Of a stretch of DNA of 64,000 bases, positions 40,506 through 52,579 are shown piece by piece (position 1 is the first letter of the stretch; the number at the start of each line of letters is the position of its first letter). The stretch lies in the NCBI GenBank assembly GCA_965655095.1, contig OZ296648.1, positions 49,042,001 through 49,106,000 on the forward strand. Direction: 5' to 3'. Both the position numbers and the translations under genes were made by a program. This stretch comes from Haplodiscus bocki (taxonomy: Eukaryota). Below the pieces are notes generated by a model, which did not search any database, was not told the DNA's origin, and saw nothing but the letters and a program-made list of their open reading frames with translations.

Positions 40506-41229
40506 TACTTTTTGATATGAAACTTTACTTGAAATGATTCACATAACCTTTAATCTCAATCCATTACCCTGCAGGTCTGTGAGTGATAATAATTCACCTC
40601 CTGAAATGCTTTTCAAAATATTAGTCAAATCGCTTGTCCAACTTTAGGATTCTTTGTTTTGGCTTTAACAGCCATTCCTACAAACGGTGCTGTTGTATTA
40701 ATTGCTGGTTTTAGAAGTTTATTCTAAGCAGTTTGTGTTCCTAGAGAACTTTTTGCAGTTTACTTTTTATTGATCCGCCTTCGCGTTGAAATTGTTTAGG
40801 AGTGAAAATTATTTCTTTCTGGCAGTTCCAATTTGGACTGTGGCACATATCATGTAATTTTAAAACACTACAATTTTTATTCAAAACACACCATGCTGAA
40901 ATACTCTTAGCTGATTGATATCCGTGTTTGCATTTTGCGTTTTTAATAAAATCTTCTCCTTAAGTCATTTACTTAGTAAAAATTTGAGACTTGTTTGGTA
41001 CACAAATACTACAAGCTCTTTTGATAGCTTTAACAAGTTTCTTAGTCTTAGGGTTTAGATTTTCATATTCAATAATATTATTTGTTTTGCTTTCATGTTT
41101 ACTTCTAACACACCATGTCATTGTCATTTACTTTTAAAAAAATTATTCAAAATAAGGAGGAGCAGAAGGTTCAAAGAAAATATTTTATTCTTTCTAGGTT
41201 TAAATAAAGTTATTTTTTTACTGAAATTA

Positions 41230-41840
41230 AAATTCCAGTATTTTCACTGAAGAATTATTAAGTTCAGTTATTTGTTCTTGTGAAATGGAATCTTTTGAAA
41301 TAATATCACCAAATATATCTTCAACTTTCAATTTAGTTGAGTTCATAATTTCTTTTCGTTCATCTAGGTAATGATTTTTTTTTCAATTCCACTGCTTCTT
41401 CTTCATCAATCTCTTTGTCTACCTTAGATTGATTAATTGTTTTCTCATACAGAATAGTAATAAAATTTATCCAATCTCTCAGTTTAGTATAACGTAATTT
41501 TAATTCATTGATGTATTCAATTGTGATTAAAATAGCAACAGAAGTCAACACAGCAGTACTAGATGATATAACAATTCCAACACTAGGAATAATAATTGAT
41601 GATGTAGAACTTGTTATAGTACTTCCGGATCCGATTAGAATTTTAGTGATATTTATTGATAATTTCTTTTTTTTTAGACTTTTATACTTCTTCTTACAAT
41701 ATTCATTATCAATTTTAAGTGGTTTTAGTATGTTCTCATGATAATGTTTTTCCCCTTTATTTTGTAGTTCTTTCAGTTGATCCTCCTTAATTTTTATTTT
41801 GAGCAATTCTGGTTCATTATTCAAATTTGAATAGGTACTC
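41230..41840 (-). pseudogene. Hydrophobic-hairpin (membrane-active?) Polinton protein
   Basis: ORF 41360-41824 has ILIGSGSTITSSTSSIIIPSVGIVISSSTAVLTSVAILIT between charged helices; homologue at ~9060-9610. Confidence 0.5.
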
Positions 41841-42309
41841 AGTTATTCTTTAGAAAATTGTTTATAACAGATCCATCGCTACACGTTCCCTCAAAATGCG
41901 TTGCCGATGTAGTTTCTTTAGAGCCGAATTTTCTATAAGGTCAATTTCAAATTCAGTAAAGTTGTTTTGTATCAAATCATCAGGATCTGTTAGTGATAGT
42001 AATAATATTACCGATCTTTCATAACGAATATCTTCAAAAAAATTCGAGAAATATTCTTCCATCTACTTATTAAGATTTCTCTCGATAATAGATTCTTCTT
42101 CATTTTTAAGATAATCTGAGTAATCCCGATTTTGTTCATTCAAAATGTTTCTAAACTCGAAAGATGATCAATTCTTATCTGTTTAACTAAAACCAACCTC
42201 TTTTATTAAATCTTTCTCATTTTCAATTAAAAATATTAATAATACTTTTTTTCTGTAAGTAGGAATAGGTTTGAATATATCTCTAAAATAGTTTTCATAA
42301 TTCATTTAT

Positions 42310-43640
42310 TATATAGAATGTGTTATTGTAAAATTACTAAAGCATATATCACCGTGGGCACTATCTATCTCATCATATATTAATTTAATACTATAGTTTT
42401 CTACAGTAAATTTTAAACTTAGTTTAGTCCATTGGCTTGAAATATCAATAAGTCGATCATTCTTAGGTATATTATATCTCGTACTCCAAATATTGTCTTC
42501 TGGTATCTAATAATTTCCAAAACAAAGCATATTTTTCAAATTATCATTAGTTAGAATTGAAAATCTGTTATATTAAATTTTTATATTTCTGACTTGAATA
42601 TATTATCAGTTCGTTCGAAGCTGACAGAAACGAAACTACCATGACCATTAGATGATGTCTCTGTATACATAAAACTATTACCAATACTAGGTAAGCTTGC
42701 TGCTCCAGAATAACCTGTTGGGTTGTTTGTTTTTGTTGATTTTATAAAATTTTGTGTCTTAACTTTAATTTTTTTATCATTACATTTTTTAACCCATTTC
42801 TACAACAAGTAACCACATATGTTTGGAAACTTAATAATTGTTGAATCTGTAATTTGTATTTTATCAAGTTTAGTAATATTTAATGTGTCTTTCCAAAGGA
42901 TACTTTCAGATAGTTTTGTAGTGTTTGATTGAATCTAACTATTGTTCCTTCACCTTTTGAATTATCGACATACTTTTTGTTTGCTAGTTCATTAACAGAA
43001 CAACAAACTCTAATAATTTTAATAGATTCTAAATTTGTTATTTTATTATCGTTGAAATCATTATCTTGATTGTTCCTGACCGAATCAGACGATTCATCAT
43101 AAAATTCTATACCCAAATCTCGTCCAGATTGTTCTTTTTCTTGACGAAATTGATCTACATAAGAATTTGTAATCACATGAATATTATTTAGTGCTTGAGT
43201 ATTCAAAGTAATACTATATATTTTTGTTAAGATATGAGTATTAAAGTTATTATCTTGATTATTTCTAACTAATGATGATTCGTCTTTAGCATGATCAAAT
43301 TATAGCTTAGCTGTTAAATGAGAATAAATTTGAAGTAATTGGTTAACTTGGATAAATCTTGCCGTGGTAATATTTTTGTCATTCATTTCTATATTTGCGG
43401 CGATTTCTATTGTACTAGAAACTATAAGTTTTTTGTCAACATAAATTTTTGAAGCTGCTTCTCTAATGCTAGTAGGACCGGGTAAATCTTTAGTTCTGTA
43501 TTGATTTTTCAAGACAATATCTTCTTCAATATTACTTTCTATTTAATTTGTTCTTAGATGTTTTTGTACAGGCAGAGATGTGTCAATTTTGTTACCATTA
43601 TCATTTGAATTACTATTACCAAATACATTTGTCAGCATTT
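42310..43640 (-). pseudogene. Fibre-like protein with (A/T).K.YVD repeats
   Basis: EAASKIYVD, HLTAKL, VITNSYVD and ELANKKYVD repeats separated by N/D-rich spacers. Confidence 0.5.
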
Positions 43641-43789
43641 AAATTTTTGAAATTGATTTTGTTACGGAATACGTTAATTGACATCTTTAAGTTTATGAAA
43701 TTGAATACAAATGTAAATACATTATTAAATGTACGTATTCCTCTATATAAGTACTCATATAAATGTAAGAATCTTTAACCAAAACACCT

Positions 43790-44180
43790 TTTCAAAATAG
43801 TTTCATAATAACTCATCTATCATAATAATCAAATAGGAAAAAAAGAAGCCGTAAGAGGCACATAATTGAGAATTTATATCTTGGGTTCATATTTATGATT
43901 TGTTATTGGTTTAGGTAATTGATTGAGAAGAATTTTATCAGGCTGTACTCCAAATGAGTCAAGGTAGCATGACCTGTTATTTTTTACTATGCAACATACC
44001 CGATGACTACCTCCCATGCTTCCTTTATCTATGTTAACAAATCTTTTGTCTGAATAAATTTTACTAGCTCTTGGATATATGGGATCATTATAACTTTTCT
44101 GTAATTGAGATTCATTCATTGTATCATTTTTTCAAATAATTTTATCATAAATATTTCAAAATTTAATATTTTCATGTTTT
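43790..44180 (-). pseudogene. Adenain-like maturation protease
   Basis: VNIDKGSMGGSHRVC...YLDSFG in ORF 43874-44119, matching the GTHW...YFDSFG pattern. Confidence 0.8.
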
Positions 44181-44189
44181 TATATCTTT

Positions 44190-45430
44190 AACTTCTATAA
44201 ATTTATCACCAACTGATATCGTTTCGATTTGTCTATGTCTTTTTAGTATAACAAAGATTCTCTTCATTGTTAGGATCTTAAGAAAAATCTTCAAACAATT
44301 GTCTTTTTTTACGAGTAATATGATCGATCTGAAATCTAAGATCAATTACTTGGAAAGAGCAGATTTTTTCCTATCGGTTTATGATATATAAGGATTCATC
44401 AAAGTTTCTGCAACGTATTCTTTATGGAAAAATTTTAAATCTCTACACTGATCCGAGTATGAATTTTCTCCAAAATTCGTCAGAATGCTGTCTCTTGGAA
44501 ATCGAGATCCATATACTTCTGTCATGAATTTTGTTACGTTTTTAGTGTTAAAAATTGCCATTTCGTTTGCTTTATCAGGAACTCCAAATTTGTCTGTTGT
44601 TTGGAAAGCCGCTATTAAAATTTTTGGACTAATAAACTGCCGATATCGATTTGTAGTTGCCTACCATCGTTCGAAAATTGGTGTTCGGTATATCATGAAT
44701 CAAAAGTGATTGTGTATTTGTTCATAATTGATTCGTTGAAGAGAAATTGTGTGTTAGTTGATGGAATTATTTTAGGGACATATAGATATAAGCCATTGAT
44801 TGATACATTAATATCACTAGCTATCGTGGTGAATATAATACCCTGTAGATCAGTTGTTTCGAAAGTTGAATGAAATCCGTGTTTTTTTAGTTATCTTTTC
44901 GAAGGTTTTGCAAAACCCAAATATATGTTCTAATGGCAATTGTCCTTTAATTTTACCTTTGTTTGCATCGATATGATTGGTGATTATTATTCGTTTCAAA
45001 ATGTTTTTACTTTTGAGTGCATTTTCTCCGTTTATATCAAAACATGAAGATAAATCACTATCTTTAGATGTTAAAAATTGCATAATAGTGCTAACTTGAC
45101 CCACATATTTCTGCTCTTCTAATGAACTACCTCCTGTCGTCGCCAAAACAGCTTGAGTAAAACAATAAGCAAAACATTATTCATTATTCTTTTGTTACTG
45201 TCAGCAATACAATTACCAGCGGTATTTCAAACAGTTATATCAAGTTCAATATAAGCATTACTAATTTGATGATAACTGTTATTTTCAACAAAAATGAATT
45301 CAATATTTTGATTGTTCTGGTTCAATTGAGCTCCTTGTTGGTGATAAATTTTCAAATAATCTCTTTCAAAGATACTATTATCACCTGGTTCATTATCTAA
45401 CAATTGAAAATTTTCAAAACTCATATATAT
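44190..45430 (-). pseudogene. Major capsid protein (hexon/PY)
   Basis: DNSIFERDYLKIYHQQGAQLNQ...NAYIELDITV; YVGQVSTIM; LPLEHIFGFCKTFEK; size and position fit the Polinton MCP. Confidence 0.75.
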
Positions 45431-45539
45431 ACTAAAAAAACCATTTCCTGATAATAGTTTGAATGCTTGTAAATTCGAAAGTAAGTTTAATGGAGTTTTA
45501 TTCACTTCTTATTTAATTTAAGTTTGTATTTATTAGAAT

Positions 45540-46348
45540 TTAATCTTGTTTTTGGCAATTTTTTAATTTAAATTTCTTTGATTTATAATCTGAATGATAT
45601 TGATTGTCCGTTGAACGATACCAATTCGTTAATTTTTTTAATTTGAAAGATTAAAATGGAATAACACCTTTAGTTTCCATCATAAACGAAGTAATACCTC
45701 CTGCAAAAGATTCGACAGATTTATAACCCGGCTTGACAGTCATAGTCCAATTGTGATTTATTCCGCTTCGTTTTCGTTTATAAATCATTCCTCTAGCAAT
45801 ATCACATTCGAGCAAAAGTTATCAAATTAAAAAATACCAACAGTATCAGTTGAAAGATTATATTGATTGTATAATATAGCTTCTCAGAATCCTAGAAGAT
45901 TTCTAATACCATCAGCAAACACAAAACTGATTATCGGCCCTTGTGGTGATATTCCTATAAAAGAACCTAGAGTACTAATTGTTGCTTTGATTTGAAATGG
46001 ATAATCTGATTCGGTGAAATGTTCATCACCAATAACAATCCTCCTAATTTCCTTATTCAAACTTTCAATTTCATAAGCACCTGGTGATATAAAAATTTGA
46101 TTAAAATGATCTCCGTCAGTGATTGATTTTTTGAAATAAAACTTACTATTTGAGTTTTTTACATTGAAAATACCGTTATAACCTGTTAGAAAAGTCACTG
46201 CGATTTTTAATGGTTTCTTCTTAGTTTGCAACGCTTGAAATAAGTGTTTTTCGTGTGTACTCCTATCCATAACTATCAACATATCCTCTTCTGTTTTAAG
46301 TTTCGTATTAAATGATATTTGTTCAAATAATTTACTTGGAAGATCCAT
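45540..46348 (-). pseudogene. Minor capsid protein (penton/PX)
   Basis: GYNGIFNVKNSNSKFYF...ISPGAYEIESLNKEI...RNLLGF; downstream CDIARGMIY...VKPGYK. Confidence 0.75.
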
Positions 46349-46349
46349 T

Positions 46350-47245
46350 TATGTAGTGGAAAATTTATTAGGAGGATTACGATATTGTTGTTCGTTTTCA
46401 ATCTCACCTCTTCTAGATAAATCATCAATTAGATTACTAGCTTCTGTTTGAGTATTGGTATGACCTGATAATTATAGTTCAAGTAAGACTTCTAGTCTGG
46501 TATAGATATCAATTATGTTGGATGGAATAATTATTTTTACTCCTTCTCCTTGTAAACTATCAGAGTCGTCTGTATTTTCATCAAAAGTTTTGTCTCGAAA
46601 TTCCTCAACTAATTTTGGAAGTGTTAGTGTGAAGTATGTTTTTCTATTCGATTGTTTGTCACCAACACCAGTGTAACCTAGATCTCTTATAATGTTATTC
46701 ATCATTAAAATGTCTGAATCATCTTTCATTGTATTACCAGTACATCTTGTGTATGATGACGCTTTATCAGTTTCAGGAGTTAGTTTATCATTATTATCAC
46801 GTGTTCTCAAGTTATCACCACCTAGAGTATACATAGGAATTCCGAGAATTGTTGCGCTAGAAGGAGAAGATTTCTATTTTAGAGAATTGGAACTGGACCT
46901 TAGGCTCCCTAATATTTTTGTCAATGGACCACTGAAAATAGAACTGTTTGGAAGAGCTCCTATATTAAGTTCGGTTTTATCTGAATCTTTTTCACAGGAA
47001 CTCTCTCTTGATTATATTCATTTCCAGAAATTGACTTGTTTATAACTTCACCTATTTTTTTTAGTACTATCAGTAACTTCATCTAATATCTTTGTAATTA
47101 GGGAAAGATTTTCTGCTGATTTTACATCATGTGTTCGCTTTAAAATTCTATTTATAATTTTAGGAGCTGGTTGATTCTTCTGTTGTTCAGCTAGTTTACG
47201 TAGATTAATCAAATCTTGTTCAGTTACCTTAGGATTTATACTCAT
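46350..47245 (-). pseudogene. Conserved uncharacterised Polinton protein
   Basis: MSINPKVTEQDLINLRKLAEQQKNQ...LQGEGVKIIIPSNIIDIYTRLEVLL; homologue at ~14040-14920. Confidence 0.6.
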
Positions 47246-47329
47246 TTATAACGTCGAAATTATAATACCTACTCATCAAATTGTAAGTAGACCCTAGTAT
47301 AAATACTCATATAATTGTTTGTATCCATA

Positions 47330-48050
47330 TCTTATAATTTAAAAAGGAGAGCTATCAGGAACAAACATTAACTTTAATCCTGATCGATATCGACCTGTGA
47401 ACATATCCTTTGTCATATCAATTATAAGTGGTTGATATTCTTTTTCCCAACAAGTACTAGTTAAGTACTTAAACTCAATAAGGTTCTTGTCCATGCTTGC
47501 TTTATTTTGATAGAGATTTCAAACATCTGTATAATTTTATGGTTTGAAGATGTGATAAATATTTCCGTTTTCTCTTATCGTTCTGTTTGGTAATTCGTAG
47601 TAATTTTGGGAGCTTACAAAAATAGATAAATTACTATGTCTGGATCGTTCGAACATTGATTGTACTCTAGGATCTTTCATTTCTTTTTCATTGAGATCAT
47701 CTAGTATGATAACACCTCCATCTTCATATTTTGAGGAAAATTTCATAGGTTTCTACTTCAGTGTCTGATTGTTGAAATTCTTTATCATTGACTGTTTCGT
47801 CAATTAGTATCTCAATATCTTCTCCATTAAAAAAATGGGATTATCTGAACAGGTACATAATCACTAAACTTATTAATTAATTGTTGATAAATATCTTGAT
47901 GAAAACTAGGTGAGTAGATGTTTTTTTTCAAATTCAATATTTATATTCAAAATAAAATTTGTTAGAAATACTGATTTTCCACACTCACTCGGTCCTGTTA
48001 TAGTGCACCTAACTGGATGATTTAATTATATAAAAAAATTTCCATTGTTT
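47330..48050 (-). pseudogene. A32/FtsK-like packaging ATPase
   Basis: Walker A ITGPSECGKS (~47972-48002), Walker B GVIILDDL, and RSRHSNLSIFVSSQNYYELP...RTIREN. Confidence 0.85.
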
Positions 48051-49441
48051 ATTAAAAGTTAATCACACGTATAAATGTTTGTATACCCAATTATATGTAC
48101 TCATATAGTTGTATTATATACATTTTCATGAGTATAAAGTTATAATTACACCTATTCATATCTGAATATGAGGTATAAATAATATTTTATCTGTCAGTAT
48201 TTTTAATTGAACCTTATTGAAGGTTTAATCAAACATAAAAAAACCACATGTTTTTGTAAAAAATATTGCTGGTATAATTATACCAATATATGATTCACTT
48301 TTCGTAAAGTTGGATAATGTCATGTTATATTAACATGTACAGTTATTGGATGTGATATTATCATAATCAATTGTGATAAATGATATTTACGTTTATTAGT
48401 TATTAAATGGTATAGTAGAATATTTTCTATTTTTTGGATGATTATGGAATCTGTTAAGTGAATTTATCAGATGTGGATTTTCATCAATAATCATGTACTT
48501 CCTTTCAACTGCTTGCTTTGGTTGATTAGTATGAAATTCATTTGTCTTATTCATCTCCATAACAATTGCTATAAAATTTTTATTACATATATATGAAAGT
48601 TTATGACCTTGAGTAATAAAATCTTGAATGGAGTTTATCAAAAAGTTTTTCCAATAGCAAATCGTTGTGTTTGTATATTAATCAGATTTAATACCAGGAT
48701 AAAAATTGTTATCAAAAACTAAATTAAAATAACAGTTGACAAAATAAAAATAACATTTTTTATTGTGAATGTTCAAATCTTTATATCAACATCATCAAAA
48801 TCAAAAAAGTTTGGATTTTCTATAGAAGGAGTTATTTGAATAGATTTTTCTAATTTTTTGTGTGTAATGGATTTTGAGTGTTTGCTTTTAGACTCAAGTT
48901 TCATTACTTTATCACAAATATTACAATGACACAATTTTTTTTAATTGTTCCCTTTTTACGAAAATTTCAGAATGAGTTTGTGATTTAAGATAATTTTTTT
49001 AAAACGTTCATTACATAAATTATCAAAATCATCACAGTATATTCTATATTCATCATCTTCAGGCCAGTAAATATTTTCATAGATATTCTTATCACTAACC
49101 ATTTAATTGAATAAGAAAATTTGGAATGGTTCATCTGATATCTCGTTTCCTATTTTTTTAAATGAATGAATTCATAAACGTAATTAATAGAGATCCAAAA
49201 GTTTGAAGAAAATTAATCATACGTTAGATAATTATAATAGATTTTCTTCTGATTATCAATCAAAAACAGCATGTGATACTTTGATTCAGAACGTGATACT
49301 TAAAAAAAATAATAAAATTTTTGGGTACTACAGTAGTAGATATTGATATAGAAATAAAAATGAAAATTAGTAGAATTATTAATTTAGAAAGTAAATTATT
49401 ATGATTATTAAAAGTAAAGTTGACGAATAGATGTTTAATAA

Positions 49442-50236
49442 ATGATGGATATTTACATAATGCAATATAATCATCGATCTAAATTTTTAGTTGTGATAAA
49501 CGAAAATGCCTACGCCTCTGTCTATGAATATGAAAAATATCAACATTTTCAACCTTTCCTCTCTTTTCAAGCAAGGAAAACTTTTATTCGTAAAGCAAAG
49601 GTTTGTAGTATGACAGATTTTTCTGGAGCTCTAAATAAAACCAACTTCGCTGGTAATACTATTTTACTAGAAAGTGAGAAAAGGAAATACGTTTGTGTTT
49701 CAGCACTTGAAATTTTTGAAATCAGAACTAGTGATAAAATTATAGATTACATATCCTTAATGGGTAATAATATGACTCCATATGTTTTCGCTTTGGGGAC
49801 GAGGTACACTTATTTCATATCGACACGTTACAAGTTTATTGAAATTGATAAAATCGAGGAAGGTATGTTTTAAAATTTATCAAATGATAGCTGGGATCCA
49901 TATGATTAACACCTTGAAAAACAATGTCCGGATTGTTTTAAAACTTTGTTAGAGTGCAATCGAATCCATATTTCTTAGCTTGGTAGGGAATGTGATATTA
50001 TGAAAGAAATTGTTGAAGACAAAGAGGATGTTGAAGAGGATGTTAATATACATAAACTAGAATATACCGACGAAAGCAATGAAGTTGTAAAAATTTTCCA
50101 TCAAAAATGTGTTATACGCCTTGAACAGGACAGTGAGTATTTATTTAAACAGTGTGGTCATCAGTGTATTTGCAAGGAAGGTCAACAAAAGAAAAATTAT
50201 ATTGATATATTAAAATGCGTTGTTTGCAGATTTTGA
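49442..50236 (+). pseudogene. Accessory gene: large-DNA-virus-like domain fused to a C-terminal C3HC4 RING finger
   Basis: ORFs 49442-49873 and 50000-50236 share a frame and are separated only by in-frame stops. C-terminus CVIRLE...KQCGHQCICKEG...KCVVCR is an IAP-type RING with two Cys lost. N-terminus GNTILL...DKIIDYISLMGNNMTPY. Confidence 0.65.
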
Positions 50237-50239
50237 TAA

Positions 50240-50796
50240 AGGGTTGTAAAAGTAAGAGAAAATTTCGAAAAGACTAGACATGAGGAAAATAACGATAAAT
50301 CTAAAAGTATATTTTACGAGGAGAAAGAAATGTAAGATATTATGTTAGAGTTCTATCTAAATCAAAAGAACGACTAATTAGTGTACAAATAAGCATATGA
50401 CGTCAGTCGCAAGTTTCGGACATGTTAACCAAAAATAAACAATAAACAACACCTAGCAGAGTTATCCCACAAAGGGAACTTGTATATTTTTTTTTCGTGT
50501 TTTATATTTTTCATACATAAAGTTGAAATTTCATTTTTTAAATTTTATGTTAGTGCTATGGTATAGTTTCACCTAAATTTATAATTATATTTCTACATCA
50601 TTGATATAATATAATTTCATTTAATTTCATTAATACCTTGCGTTACCCCATTGATAAAAAATTATTTTTCACTTTATGCTGTTTTTTATATTTATGCCCC
50701 TGTGTAGGGACTCTGTTATGAGTTTTTTGTTGTTTGTTTTTTTGTTAAAATGTGCGCCCGCCGCGGCTGGTGTCATATGCATATTTGTACACTACT
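50240..50796 (-). repeat. Right TIR of Polinton B
   Basis: Inverse of 33142-33700; ends ACTACT. Confidence 0.85.
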
Positions 50797-51044
50797 GATG
50801 CGGTATTACTTCCATGAAGATGAACAAATAGATGCGTTTATTACGACTGAGTATGCTCTTATCAGGTCTTTGCAGAGTCCAATTGAAAAAAGAAAATTGA
50901 TTGAAAGAGTTCAATTGTCAAAGTATATAGAGCGTTCCAATGCAAAAAGGCCGCAAGCAGAATGAGAACCAAAATTTTTACTGAAGCCGTTTTGAGAAAT
51001 GAACAATAACTGAAACTTGACAGGATTTGAAAAAGAGAGCCCAG

Positions 51045-52579
51045 TGTCATGGCCAACTTCTGCGCCAGACTTTTTTCTAGTCTGGCTGCGGAAGATGCCT
51101 GCTTCAGGATAAAGATCACTCTGGGAGTCGCCCTCTTCCGTTCCCTGGTTTTCCACCTTTGAGTTTCGGAATGTTCACGGAACGGTTTCGGAGTGCGTCT
51201 GTATCTGTGGGTTCAAGAAGCTTGTCTAACTTAGACAGAACACATAATATGCGAGACTCTGTCCTGCTGAGCTCCTGGGACTGTTTTTTAGTGACTCTGC
51301 CTTCAATCTCTTCAGAAACTTTTGTGAAATTTTCCTCGGTAATTCTAGGAACGGACGTGTTTTGTGAGGGGCCGTTCCTAGGAAGCTCCTCTCGTGTTTC
51401 TTTTGTAACGGCTGCCAACTTTCGTTTGTTTCTCAATGTTGCCATTTTTTGAAGAAAAATTGCTACGCAGTTATGAAGACTTAAATAGTTTTTATTTGTT
51501 AATCAACTTGAGACTATAACAAAATTTCTGAATCTTTCGAATAAACAACTAGTCGCAATCAGTACAATCACCTGATTTTCAAAGTGATATTAGGAATCTC
51601 TTCTCCCCTAGTACTTTCAATTCTCCTTTATATACCTTTTTTGGCAAAAAGCAAAACTGTTTACACGTCAAGTAAATGTTCAAAGTAGGGAAAAGTACTT
51701 TAATCATAATATTTACAAAGGAAATTTACCGACTCTGGCGGGAATCAAACACCTCTCTGTCCATTTTTTCCTTTACAGACCGCTTTTTCCTATCTTTCGA
51801 CGGAAAAAAATGGTGTCTGATCAGTCGGAAGTGGATCTCAAAGTGCTTATTCCCCCGCCGACACAATAAACAATAACAAAAGCAAAAACCAAAAAGATTT
51901 TGCATGAAGGGAAATTATTGAAAAATGCACCATAATTAGGTGAAGTACAATAAAAAGTCATACAAAATCTTATTCACATGCTTGGGAATACTATTGCATC
52001 GACTAAATCCACTTTCGGAACAAAACTAGGCTTTTTCCTAGTCCGTTTCTGTTACTACGTGCCGGTTTCTCATTTTGGCCAAAGCGTTCCGGAAGGACTA
52101 CGTAGCCGCTTGTAGCACTGCTCACCACAGTGCTACTGAGAAGAATGAAAGAGGTGGCTAAGTAGTCGTTCCGTGTGGGTCCAAATTGACACAGCATAAC
52201 AGCATAGCGCATTGGTTGAAATTTTAGTGAAGTCACCAGATTGATATCGACGGAACGCGTACGGAACAAATTTTCATTCCTAGAGTAGCTACTCTGTAGA
52301 TACGTGTCCATTCCGTAACAGTTCCGTCCCAATCTGGATTAGTACAAGAGACTGCTACGTATACAATTCGTAGAACTCATATGAAAATATACTGGGGATT
52401 CATACGTATTTGATGCGTATCAAATAAACAAAAAGGCGTTGATATAAGACTGGAATAATAGTATAAGAAAGGCAATAGAAAAGTCTAAAGTTTTGATGTA
52501 GTTTCTTCCAATCTTCAGACGATCCGGGGATGTCCTTTTTTTTCTTTATGACCGTAGGCTTCGCGGATATACTGCGACA
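51045..52579 (-). mobile_element. Solo LTR (1535 bp) of the same Gypsy-like family
   Basis: Homologous to 28506-30032, TG...CA ends, TSD CCCAG at 51040-51044 and 52580-52584; contains the gag N-terminal ORF 51116-51445. Confidence 0.88.

Larger units (their letters stand above)
33142..50796 (-). mobile_element. Polinton/Maverick (adintovirus-like) element B, full length (~17.65 kb), decayed
   Basis: Termini AGTAGTGTACAAAT... and ...ATTTGTACACTACT; ~560-bp TIRs; candidate 6-bp TSD GATGGT/GATGCG; full set of pPolB, INT, PRO, MCP, mCP and ATPase genes. Confidence 0.92.
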
